Source of the DNA: Sporopachydermia quercuum
Taxonomy: Eukaryota
DNA length: 64,000 nucleotides
Assembly (NCBI GenBank): GCA_001599295.1
Contig: BCGN01000008.1
Coordinates: 992,001-1,056,000, forward strand
Direction of reading: 5' to 3'
A program made the translations under genes and the position numbers. The first letter of the stretch is position 1. Each line of letters opens with the position of its first letter. The notes under the pieces were generated by a model. The model saw only the letters and a list, made by a program, of their open reading frames with translations. It did no database searches and was not told the origin of the DNA. Shown here piece after piece: positions 47,511 to 58,568 of the stretch.

Positions 47511-48816
47511 GCCAACTATCAAAGTATTGTAATCAATAACATCGTTCGATGGAAAGCATTAAAAGTCATAATCAACTGTTAATCAGGCATGCAATGTTGT
47601 TTCAATCCAAATGAATGGTAGAAGAAACAAAGTTGAACAGTTGTTTTCTGGCTTAGAACACTATTTTGTTTTGGTTTAATCGTTTTTGTTATGCGCAGTT
47701 TTACTATTTGCACCAATATATATTCAATTTATCATATTTCACCGCTATGGAGATGTCGTCTCCCAGAAGAAATTGGTATTGCATATGTTGATATACCAAG
47801 GCTCCTATTTGGTACAAATGATCTCTCAATTGTCGCCGTATGCGATGCCATCGCTGTAACTAACTGAACTCGTAAAGCATAATAGTTGATGGGACTACTA
47901 CTACTACAACTTGTCATGACAGTCTTGAACAGTTCCCATCGAAGAGAACCGTAATATTTGTTTCTTTCGCTATGAGGTCCTATCAATGTGCCTTACTCCG
48001 ACCCCATGATCTGCATCAATCTTACATTCAATTGCCGTTGACCAGAATGTCTTGCGGTTATGTTTACAACTTCGCAAAAGTTCCTGCCACTTATTGAAGT
48101 ATATTATTGAAATTAACCCGGTTCCAATATTGTCGTTACTGTGAGGATGACAATTCATTTCTCCTTCTCCCAATCTTTATTCTCGTCCGCTCCCACGATT
48201 GTATAGACTGCAAAAGACCTATATTTCCCAATTATCTCCTGCACATCCCATCTCATCTCAAGCCACTAATATTTTCTGATTATATAATCATTAAAAAGTA
48301 TCATCAATTATCAATTTCCTGTTTCAACCTGTTTCCAATATACTTTAACCACATTGAAACGAGAACAATAACATCGGTTATAACTCAATCGGCCAGAGTT
48401 TCAAATCAAATCAACAACTTATTTTTCTTACCTTCCAGTGTTGTTTATTTAAACCCATCTTCCTTCTTTCTCATCCTTTGACTCTGTATCTGTTCCGTTG
48501 TCGGAGCCGGATTTCCCAAAATAGACTAAATAGGAGGCTACTCAAACCTTAACTATTGAGGGGGAACACTCTGCATGAACTGAATTTTCACTTGTCTGGA
48601 AGTATAAATGAAAAAAAAAATGAAAACGATGATCGACAAAAAGTAATGACTAAATGATACAAACTTGACATTATACATATTGGTACCGAATGTATTAGAT
48701 TTATTTTATCAGGAAGTTCTTGTCTTAATTGCTGTTACCGGAAATATAAATTTTGCCTATAAGTTTGAAGATTCATTAGTTTGTTGAATCAACGGGTGGA
48801 TAATACAGTAAGAAAA

Positions 48817-50273
48817 ATGGTCTTATTAAATATTGCTAAGACCAGGGGCTCAATGGCTCCATTAATTGCGAAGAGTGGTTTGAGATGTAAGTGTTCGTTA
48901 TATGGGGTGTTTTTGGTGATTAATTGATGATACTTAGTTGGTCTTTATTTGATACTTGTTTGTTTTGCTTTATTTTAATAGATGAGATGTCTGAATCCGA
49001 TGAAGTAATGATGCTAACATGAATTATAGACTCATCCACCGCATCAGGCAAAATTCAAGTCAAGAACCCAATTGTTGAGCTTGATGGTGATGAAATGACT
49101 CGTATAATTTGGCAAGTTATCAAGGATAAGTTGGTTAATCCTTATCTTGATGTTGATCTGAAGTACTATGATTTAGGTATCCAATCAAGAGATGCTTCTG
49201 ATGATAAAATCACTATCGATGCTGCTGAAGCTATTAAGAAGTATGGTGTTGGTGTTAAGTGTGCAACTATTACTCCTGATGAAGCCAGAGTTAAAGAGTT
49301 TGGTCTTAAGAAGATGTGGTTATCACCTAATGGTACCATCAGAAATATCCTTGGCGGTACTGTTTTCAGAGAACCTATTGTCATCCCCAGAATTCCTAGA
49401 ATTATCCCTGGTTGGGAAAAGCCAATCATTATTGGTAGGCACGCCCATGGTGATCAGTACAAGGCTACCGATTTAGTTATTGATGGACCTGGTAAACTCG
49501 AATTGGTTTATACTCCAGCTGATGGATCCCAACCTCTTACCAGAACTGTATACGACTACAAAGGTGCTGGTGTTGGTTTAGCTATGTACAATACAGATGA
49601 ATCAATTGAAGGATTTGCACATGCTTCTTTCAAATTAGCTCTTTCTAGAGAATTGAACTTATACCTGTCAACTAAAAACACCATTCTTAAGAAGTACGAT
49701 GGTAGATTCAAGGATATTTTCCAAAAGTTATATGATGAAGTTTATAAGCCTGAATTCGAAAAGAAGGGTATCTGGTATGAACATCGTCTGATTGATGATA
49801 TGGTTGCTCAAATGATTAAGTCAAAGGGTGGGTTCATTATGGCTTTGAAGAACTATGATGGTGATGTGCAATCTGACATTGTTGCCCAAGGTTTCGGCTC
49901 CCTAGGTTTAATGACATCTGTTTTGATGACTCCTGACGGAAAGGCTTTCGAATCTGAAGCTGCTCATGGCACTGTTACCAGACATTATCGTCAATATCAA
50001 CAAGGAAAGGAAACTTCTACCAACTCAATTGCTTCTATCTTTGCTTGGTCCAGAGGCATTGCTCAAAGAGGAAAATTAGATGATACTCCTGATGTTGTCA
50101 AATTTGCTGAAAATTTAGAAAAGGCTACTATTGACACTGTTCAAGTTGATGGTCTTATGACAAAGGATTTGGCCCTTGCTTCTGGTAAGACTGAAAGATC
50201 AAGTTATGTATTGACGAATGAATTTTTGGATGCTGTTGCTGATAGACTCAAGAATCAAGTTAAGTCAGTTTAA
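48817..50273 (+). CDS. IDP1: NADP-dependent isocitrate dehydrogenase, mitochondrial precursor, 2 exons (48817..48886, 49030..50273)
   Basis: [29 protein letters not shown] and [11 protein letters not shown] motifs. Exon 1 encodes a basic presequence. Intron GTAAGT..GCTAAC..TAG. Confidence 0.93.
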
Positions 50274-50448
50274 GAATGATAATCAAGATGAGAAATAGAA
50301 CGCATTTATATAATTTATTTGCTTTTGGTATCACATTCTTGAAATAGATGTATAGGTATAAATAGTTTTAACTAGTATCTTTGGTAGATGAATTACCGAG
50401 GTGCATAATGCAATGAATATATTTGATGTATTTAATGGATTAAATGAA

Positions 50449-50901
50449 TTATGTAGTTGGCTCTGTATTCGTTGATTCCGTCTTAGAAGTTTTTTCTTCT
50501 ATAATTGTGTCTGCTTCTAAATATTCCCATAGGAACTGAAGACCATAGTATGTTCCGAAGGTGACAGCCACCATTTTCAAATAAGCAACAGAGTATAACC
50601 TATAGAACGAAGACTAGTGATAAAGAATAAAAGTAATAACTGTTAATATGCAATTATAGCGACATATAAGAATTTTGCTTGAGTGATGTGTCTTGAACAA
50701 TATGTGGTATGTGATACTTACATGAGGAGAAATAGGTTTCTCCAGAGGAGGGGCAGCTTGGGGTGAATATGGTGTTGCATTACTGGCAGGCCCCTCAGTA
50801 GAATTAGGACTAGCTGCTTTATAGCTTGTGTTCCTGCTACTCATAAAAAGTCTACGACTAGAAACATACGTTCTTGCCATGCTTCTTGAATTCCGTACCA
50901 T
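50449..50901 (-). CDS. Small mitochondrial single-TM protein, Ina17-like, 2 exons (50901..50722, 50613..50449)
   Basis: Arg/Ser-rich presequence-like start. Intron GTAAGT..TATTAAC..TAG joins to SSFYRLYSVAYLKMVAVTFGTYYGLQFLWEYLE...EPTT*. The TM segment resembles fungal Ina17 (recalled pattern, not searched). Confidence 0.65.
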
Positions 50902-51544
50902 CTCCCATTAACGACTTTCTTGTATCTAATAAGTTTAGTTCCAATGACTAGTAAGTAGTCTGCTGGAGAGTTGCATCAATACAACTAGCTGTTCATTTAA
51001 GTCGAATTACAGCGCCGAGCTTCATGAACCTAATAAGCAGTCTATCAAATGGCTTCTAGAAATGAATATTGTAAAAAACTATACTTCAATTTCTTCGAAC
51101 TTAACCTTTCAGTCGTATAATGCTAGAAGTTGTAATTCCTGTCTGTTATGTACTACCTGCTTAGTAAACATACACTCTCGAAAATANTTAATTCCTAAGT
51201 GGATTATCGAATTTATGAGGNAAGTTGCAAGCACATGCAATGTTATGCACAGACATGCAAGTTTCACAATAACTAACATGAAGTCTCATTTCAAGATGTA
51301 GTACTGATCACAACATTGAACTGGCGATTGATTTCTTTTGAACAAAGTAATACACTTACCTGGAGCAATTTCAATATTGAATATTTAGATCTAGCTAATG
51401 GGTTTACGTTTAAAACCATCTGTTTCAATGTTTTTGATTAGTTATTACTGGTACCTACGTATTATTATCACTAGGGAGGAGATAAAAAACTAATAAAAGT
51501 AGCATAGTTCTTTGTGGACCATTGAACGATCACCATCTTACACA

Positions 51545-52444
51545 ATGTTTACCAGGGTATTTAGAACAAGTGCTATTCGTACGTTCTCGACATCGCGATT
51601 TTTGAGAGGGTTGGTGTCAGCTGCTGAAAAGGCTCAAAATGCAAAGAACTTTAAAGTTGAGCCTCTATCAAGGCCCATTGGCATGGATACTAAACCAGAC
51701 TCCAAAGAGGATTATGGAATATCTGCTAACAGAAATCGAACATTGAAACAGAAGAAAGATGATATACTGAGCATTGAGAAAAACAAGGAAAGACAGGAAA
51801 GATTAGAAGAAGAATTTGCTACATCAGGATTACATGATGTTTATACTTTCAGACATACCGAGGGTAAATTATTTCTATCCCCATCTGCTTACTTTCGAGC
51901 TGACAAGGCTAAGTACTTTCCTAACTTCATTGGTAAGCTATTGAATAACGAAAGTGGTAGTAGTGCTGAAATTCTTGATGAAAAAATCAGTTTAGTAAGA
52001 GTGTACACCAGTGCAGTTGGTCAACAACAAGCTGACCAGTTTTTTGACAAGACTGAAGATCAATTGGAAGATAAATATCACAATACAACAAAAAATTGGC
52101 TCAAGGGTAATGATTTAGTGGATAAATTTGGTGATAATGTTCAAATTATTGACATTAATATTGAAGAGAATTTCGTGAAGGGTTTGTTTGTTTCTTTATT
52201 TAAGAGTAGAATTAGAAAGCTAATACCTGAGTGGAGACATAACAAGTACTTGTTCGTGAGAAGCAAAGATATAGCTTCGCCAGTGAAGAAAGCTATCAAG
52301 CTAGATAATCTTTATACAGGATATATCTATGTCGTTGATAAAAGCATGAAGATAAGATGGGCAGCTTGTGGTGAAACAAGTGAAGAAGAACGTAAAATGA
52401 TATGGAAAGTGGTCAAAGGAGTTCTCAAGGAGTCCAGTAAATAA
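51545..52444 (+). CDS. ATP10: Mitochondrial ATP synthase assembly factor Atp10
   Basis: Presequence, PLSRPIGM, GKLFLSPSAYFRADKAKYFPNFIG and TGYIYVVD..KIRWAACG motifs. First ATG at 51545. Confidence 0.93.
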   Translation: MFTRVFRTSAIRTFSTSRFLRGLVSAAEKAQNAKNFKVEPLSRPIGMDTKPDSKEDYGISANRNRTLKQKKDDILSIEKNKERQERLEEEFATSGLHDVYTFRHTEGKLFLSPSAYFRADKAKYFPNFIGKLLNNESGSSAEILDEKISLVRVYTSAVGQQQADQFFDKTEDQLEDKYHNTTKNWLKGNDLVDKFGDNVQIIDINIEENFVKGLFVSLFKSRIRKLIPEWRHNKYLFVRSKDIASPVKKAIKLDNLYTGYIYVVDKSMKIRWAACGETSEEERKMIWKVVKGVLKESSK

Positions 52445-52659
52445 AANTAATTGAGTAAATAGTTACTGTACATAAAACAATAGACATGTCAATGCTACAT
52501 GAGAGAAGAATGATTTATAAGAGAAATTTGAATTTAAATTAATTTCTTTTTTGTTCCATTACAAAATATATTCAATTTTGTATCATGAACCCATACACAC
52601 CAATATACCAATCCCTGGAATACCCAAAACCATGAAAACCGGTTCGACTTGCACCTATT

Positions 52660-53397
52660 TTAGAAGGCAAGACCAACGACAAAAACAACAAAAGCAGCAA
52701 ATGCGCTGGCACCAACTTGAACACCCATATTAGTAGATGCAGGAATAGTAATAGAAGGTTGAGCTTCAGATGTAGTACTAGTGGGAGCAGGTTCGGAAGA
52801 AGTGGGGGTAACAGAAGGAGCTTCTGATTCGGAGGAAGTGACAGGTACGGTTGCTTCAGAAGAAGACTCTTCAACAGAACTTGTAGCAGTTGCAGACTCA
52901 GACTCAGATTCAACGGTGGATGTGGCACTGGCAGTAGCAGATGAGCTGGCAGAGCTAACAGAAGTGATAACAGAAGAACTAGCAGAGCTAACAGAAGTGC
53001 TAACAGAAGAGCTAGCAGAGCTAACAGAAGTGCTAACAGAAGAGCTAGCAGAGCTAACAGAAGTGCTAACAGAAGCAGAACTACTTTCTGAAGAAGTAAC
53101 AGCAATACTGGATGAACCACCATTGATGTCTGCATCGAAACTTGAACAAGTTGACTCTAAAGCACTAATAGCTTCATCAGTGACACCGTCGGGGCAAATG
53201 TTTTTCAAACAAGAAACCAAAGCATCACCATCATTGGAGCATAAACATGGAATATCATTCATAGAGTTGCATTGGGATGATTCTCTGGTAACCTCATTGA
53301 CGCATGCTAATAAACAAGCAGGAGGTGTAGCAACAACAACTTGTGACAACAATGCAATTGTTGAAACTCCTAAGGTATAAACGACAGATGAACGCAT
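52660..53397 (-). CDS. CCW14: CFEM-domain GPI cell-wall protein (Ccw14/Ssr1-like), copy 2
   Basis: Signal peptide, TPPACLLACV 8-Cys CFEM domain, Ser-rich stalk and GPI signal. Confidence 0.85.
   Translation of the reverse strand: MRSSVVYTLGVSTIALLSQVVVATPPACLLACVNEVTRESSQCNSMNDIPCLCSNDGDALVSCLKNICPDGVTDEAISALESTCSSFDADINGGSSSIAVTSSESSSASVSTSVSSASSSVSTSVSSASSSVSTSVSSASSSVITSVSSASSSATASATSTVESESESATATSSVEESSSEATVPVTSSESEAPSVTPTSSEPAPTSTTSEAQPSITIPASTNMGVQVGASAFAAFVVFVVGLAF
52949..53076. repeat. 33-bp minisatellite (about 3.8 copies) encoding SSSVSTSVSSA
   Basis: AGCAGAGCTAACAGAAGTGCTAACAGAAGAGCT tandem units. Confidence 0.9.
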
Positions 53398-54818
53398 TTT
53401 GAGTATTTAAAGGATAATCAATATCGAAAACGTAAAAAGTGGTAGCGAATGTGTATGTCGTACTGAATCGATATATCTAGTTTCAAACAGACAATTTTTT
53501 ATAACCAAAGACTTTTTAGCAACTGGTATCGTGAACGAAGGATGTAGTTCGAGAATTGATGTAACCAGGAGAAGTGCATCAGCAAACAAAAGAATCGAAA
53601 CGAAGAATACTATGTTGATGAGAAACGGAAATAGTTCGAAAGAAAGTAGAGTAGTGCATTAGAGATGAGTTTGTCAGGGTTTGTTTATTGTGGATGATAT
53701 GACAATGATTATGTCATAATCTAAAAATAACTAAAGATTTTTCTTAAAGTGAGGGTGTTTGTACTGATAAATGCATGATACGCTTATACGACTTAGGTGA
53801 CACCAAATGTGAATTCATTTTACTTTTGTCAGAAATAACTTCCAAAGCATTAGCTTTTAAAGTGGAGAACTATATTCCTGCTTTCAAGAAACTGTAGAGT
53901 TATTTTCTTACAGGATATTCCTTGTGTCTTCTTGAATCAACATCATTATGAACTTTGGAATGTCAAAAAGTTTTCGATGTTGTGTCCGAAGTATATGCCA
54001 TGCCAACCTGACTTAAATGAAACTCGTACCTCATCAGGGACACTAACTGATGGCTGACATGCCTTGTATGAAAGTAACAAACTATTAAATGCCATTGCTT
54101 GTTTCATAATTTATAAAGAGTATCAATACCCTACTCATTATTTTCATTATTCTGCTCTCTTCACTAGTTTTTCACAATACAAACCGCACTCTGCTTGCCA
54201 AAGAACGCTGCTTTTTTTCTATCTCAGGCAACATTCATGCTACCTCAACTTNAAAGTTTCAAAAATTTGATTCGAACTTAAATGGAACTCAGAGCATCTA
54301 GATCAAAGACTTTACTGATTACCTAATACTATAATCACTATTTTATTTTATGGTGGCTCAGTGGCTGAATTCTTGATTAGGAAATTGCTTTGCCAGGCAC
54401 ATTACACCATCAAGCGGCAAAATATTCCACCCAAATAGGATTCTTGAAGTACAGGATCAGTGAAGATATAAAATATAAAGTTTGACTGTGGATAGGAATC
54501 CTGCCATATGAACTGTCCATTTCACCACCTTCTTCGGTATTTTATTATTTCAATAATGTTCACATAGACATTGCTGCATTTCATACTCAGACATATATAA
54601 CTTACAAGGTATTCTATGGAAGTCACATTGTTTTGTAGAGTTGGCTATTATAGTGTAATGCACAAATAGGATATTCCGTGGTACAAAGGCAAGTCACGAT
54701 TGTTGATTGTTACTTACGTGGTAGTGATCTATCTCATTTACTATTGTTCCCAATTCTTTTTTTATATTATTTTTTTCACCAGTCCTGATTTCCATGAATG
54801 ACATAACTCTCAGGATTT

Positions 54819-57800
54819 ATGTTTTTCAGATCAGCACTAAGAGCAGGAACGAAAGCTATCTTGTCTCAAGTTTCAATCATTTCCTCAATCCGTTTATATC
54901 ATCCAACGATATCAACCCTGTCTCAACTTAATCCTTCATTCCCAATGAGTATTATTCCTCGTTCTACTGAGCCATTCACATTGGTAACGAACAGTGAAAG
55001 ACCTCAGTTCACCCGTCCCGATACCGATGACAGAGAGTATAGAGTGATTATCCTTGCGAATGGATTGGAAGCTGTTTTGATCCATGACGCTAAAGCTGAT
55101 AAGGCATCTGCCGCTCTAAGTGTCAATGTTGGATCATTTGCTGATAAAGATTATTTACCAGGTTTAGCACATTTTTGTGAGCATTTACTTTTCATGGGAA
55201 CTGAAAAATTCCCCAGTGAAAATGAATACTCTGAGTATCTTGCTGCTCATTCAGGTCACTCAAATGCTTATACAGCATCACAAGAAACCAATTACTTCTT
55301 TGAAGTAGGAAAAGACCATTTTGAAGGAGCTCTCGATAGATTTGCTCAATTTTTTATAAATCCTTTATTCAGCGCTGATTGTAAAGATAGGGAGATCAAA
55401 GCCGTTGATTCTGAAAATAAGAAGAACTTACAAAGTGATACATGGAGATTACATCAATTAGATAAAGCTACAGCCAATCCTGATCATCCATATTCAGGCT
55501 TCAGTACCGGTAATCTTGAAACGCTACGAGATGAGCCTGTTGAAAAAGGAATCGATGTACGTGAAGTATTGTTGAAATATTATTACTCTCATTACTCTGC
55601 AAACCTAATGAAGCTGGTAATGCTGGGAAAGGAGGACTTAGATACTTTACAGTCGTGGGCCATAGATTACTTCAGTCCTATCAAGAATTCCAATTTATCA
55701 CCACCAAAATACGATACTCCAGTTTTTACTGAAAAGGAACTTGTGAAGTTTGTCAAAGCAAAACCAGTGATGGATAGCCGAAGTTTAGATATCACATTCT
55801 TGGTTCCTGATAATTCAAAGTATTGGGACGTTAAACCAGGATCATACTATTCTCATTTGTTAGGTCATGAAGGTGTTGGATCTTTATTATATTACTTGAA
55901 AGAACTGGGTTATGCTGAATCATTAAGCTCAGGTGGATATAACATTTCCACTGGAAATGACTTTTTCTCAATAAGCATCGGTTTAACAGAAGAAGGTTTG
56001 AAGCATTATAAAGATATTGTTGTTATCGTTTTCCAATATATTGCTATGTTGAAAAAGACTCCTGCTCAGAGTTATGTCTATGAAGAACTACAGAAAACCT
56101 CTCTAATGGACTTCAAATTTCAACAGAAGACAAGTGCCAGCAAAACTTCCAACCGTTTATCTTCTTTATTAAATAGCAAAGATCAGTCTTTTCCCAGAGA
56201 CTTTCTGTTATCTCCTGGCTTATTCCGTAATTTCAACCCAGAAGTTATCGACGAGTATGGTCGGCATTTGAGGACTGATAACTTTAGAGTGACTTTGGTC
56301 GCCCAATCATTAGGGAACCTTACTGAAACTGAAAAATGGTACGGAGTGAACTATTCTATTGAAGACATAGATAAAGAATGGCTTGCAAAAATCCAATCTG
56401 CAGAACCAAACCCCAATCTTCATTTACCTATCCCAAATGAGTTTATTCCTACTGATTTCTCTGTAGCAGAAAAGAATCCTGATGTAGTTCCAGCTACGGA
56501 ACCAAGATTAATAAAATCATTAGGTAAATTAAAAGTATGGTATAAAGCTGATGATGTTTTCTTTGTACCAAAAGGAAATGTTTTTATTCATTTAAGAACA
56601 CCTAATGTGAATACAACACCAACTGTTTCTTGTATTGCTAGTTTGTTCACTGATTTGATTGACGATTCACTAAATGATATCGCTTATAATGCTGAAATTG
56701 CCGGATTAAACTACTCTTTCTATTTGGTGAAAGACGGGCTCGAGATTTCACTTTCTGGATATAATGATAAGCTTTTAAAGCTTCTCAATGTGATTTTAGA
56801 ACGCATAAAGGCATTTTCTCCTGATAAAAAGCGATTTGACATTTTGAAAGATCGTCTTGAACGCTCTTATAAGAATTTCGGGTACTCTGTCCCCTATAAT
56901 CAAGTTGGCCATTATACCCTTTATTTACTCAATGAACGAACGTGGACAGTTGAAGAAAAGCTGAGTGCTTTGAAGTCGTTGACATTTGATATGTTCCAGA
57001 GATATATCCCTGTACTATTAGAAGAGTTTGATGTTGAAATGCTTGCACATGGAAATTTCGCAAAAGAGGATGCCTTAAAAATTGGTGACTTAGTTATGGA
57101 AACTTTGAACCCTATAATTAATGCTTTCGACACAAGTACTGGAAATGTACCTTCCAGATCTTATGTTTTAAAGCCTGGCGGTAAATATCGTTATGATGCT
57201 CCTTTGGCTGATAAGGATAACAAGAACTCATGTATTGAATACTTCGTCCAAGTTGGACCTGTAACCGACGACAGATTACGAGCTCTACTTGACCTATTGG
57301 TTCAAATCGGCCATGAACCCGCTTTTAACAAACTAAGAACAAAGGAACAACTAGGATATGTAGTATTCAGTGGCACCAGATCCACTCGGACTACTATTGG
57401 TTACCGAGTTTTGATTCAAAGTGAACGACCTACATCCTATTTGGAACATAGAATTGACTCGTTCCTGAACACTTTGAAAACCATTCTTGTCAATTTGACC
57501 GCTAAAGAGTTTAATGATCACCTCGAAGCTTTAAAGCACAAGAAATTGGAAAAGAAGAAAAATTTGAAGGAAGAATCAACTAGATACTGGGGACATATTA
57601 GATCTGGTTATTACAACTTTCTGCAACATGAGATTGATGTTAAGTTTTTAGATACCTTAACAAAGAAGGATGTGATAAACTTTTTTAATCAATATATTGA
57701 TCATAACAATGGCCTACAAACACGCTTGATTGTTAATTTGAACAGCCAGGTTGAGTACAAGCCTTCGAAATCCAAGACAATCAAATCAATACTATCAAAC

Positions 57801-58157
57801 TATTTGATAGAGAAAGATGTTACATTTTCATCCTCTGATTTAGATGCTTCAGTTGACTCTTTAGGTGTTGATACCCTAGATTTCAAGGATGACAATGACT
57901 TGAATCAACATGTAATAACTAACCTTTTGAAGGATATTGAATTGAAGATTGAAGAATTGGTAGGTAAAGATAGAATTGATCGTAAAGGGTTCAATGAATA
58001 CTTCGTTGAACATTTATTCAACGAAATACCGGAGGCTTATCCTGGAGGAGCATTAATCACTGATGTAACACAGTTTAGAAATAGTTTGGCATTAAGTGAG
58101 GCCCCAAATCCTGTAGTTGATTTATCAACGTTCGTGGACAATGATGCTAAGTTATAA
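54819..58157 (+). CDS. STE23: Insulysin-family M16A metalloprotease Ste23/IDE
   Basis: GLAHFCEHLLFMGT (HxxEH), REIKAVDSE and LRTKEQLGYVV motifs. N-terminal presequence-like region and C-terminal AKL. Confidence 0.93.
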   Translation: MFFRSALRAGTKAILSQVSIISSIRLYHPTISTLSQLNPSFPMSIIPRSTEPFTLVTNSERPQFTRPDTDDREYRVIILANGLEAVLIHDAKADKASAALSVNVGSFADKDYLPGLAHFCEHLLFMGTEKFPSENEYSEYLAAHSGHSNAYTASQETNYFFEVGKDHFEGALDRFAQFFINPLFSADCKDREIKAVDSENKKNLQSDTWRLHQLDKATANPDHPYSGFSTGNLETLRDEPVEKGIDVREVLLKYYYSHYSANLMKLVMLGKEDLDTLQSWAIDYFSPIKNSNLSPPKYDTPVFTEKELVKFVKAKPVMDSRSLDITFLVPDNSKYWDVKPGSYYSHLLGHEGVGSLLYYLKELGYAESLSSGGYNISTGNDFFSISIGLTEEGLKHYKDIVVIVFQYIAMLKKTPAQSYVYEELQKTSLMDFKFQQKTSASKTSNRLSSLLNSKDQSFPRDFLLSPGLFRNFNPEVIDEYGRHLRTDNFRVTLVAQSLGNLTETEKWYGVNYSIEDIDKEWLAKIQSAEPNPNLHLPIPNEFIPTDFSVAEKNPDVVPATEPRLIKSLGKLKVWYKADDVFFVPKGNVFIHLRTPNVNTTPTVSCIASLFTDLIDDSLNDIAYNAEIAGLNYSFYLVKDGLEISLSGYNDKLLKLLNVILERIKAFSPDKKRFDILKDRLERSYKNFGYSVPYNQVGHYTLYLLNERTWTVEEKLSALKSLTFDMFQRYIPVLLEEFDVEMLAHGNFAKEDALKIGDLVMETLNPIINAFDTSTGNVPSRSYVLKPGGKYRYDAPLADKDNKNSCIEYFVQVGPVTDDRLRALLDLLVQIGHEPAFNKLRTKEQLGYVVFSGTRSTRTTIGYRVLIQSERPTSYLEHRIDSFLNTLKTILVNLTAKEFNDHLEALKHKKLEKKKNLKEESTRYWGHIRSGYYNFLQHEIDVKFLDTLTKKDVINFFNQYIDHNNGLQTRLIVNLNSQVEYKPSKSKTIKSILSNYLIEKDVTFSSSDLDASVDSLGVDTLDFKDDNDLNQHVITNLLKDIELKIEELVGKDRIDRKGFNEYFVEHLFNEIPEAYPGGALITDVTQFRNSLALSEAPNPVVDLSTFVDNDAKL

Positions 58158-58568
58158 TCTGACCTTATAGTTTAATAGATAATAAATGAGAATTGATAAG
58201 GGTTTCTACCAGTAAGAATAGATGTCGTACAGAGTGACGAATGTCCATGGGTTTATACTTTGTTGTCTAACCTGTTCTCAAACACAAGAGATTAATGATA
58301 TCTACCTACAAAATGGGAAGAATGATTTTCTGTAACTTTCATTTCATTAGTTTTGAAATATTAACGGAAGCAAAAAGAAACATTAAGCACTAAATTTCTT
58401 AATTCATAAGATAGTAAAAGTCTGCGCGATAACTAATCATTTTAACCTAAATTTTTGATTTATCTGCAAGCTGAGTTTTAGAAGTCCAAAGCAAATCAAC
58501 CAACAATCAAATAATCTTTTCATCTTTTTTTTTTTTTGGTTCACTTTAGTTCATTTTTTCTTGACAAC

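Noticed and set aside
50271..50279. Stop-codon readthrough to a cryptic PTS1 in IDP1
   Set aside because: TAA GAA TGA gives no PTS1-like extension.
52949..53076. 33-bp repeats as a CRISPR array
   Set aside because: Eukaryotic, in-frame coding minisatellite with no spacers.
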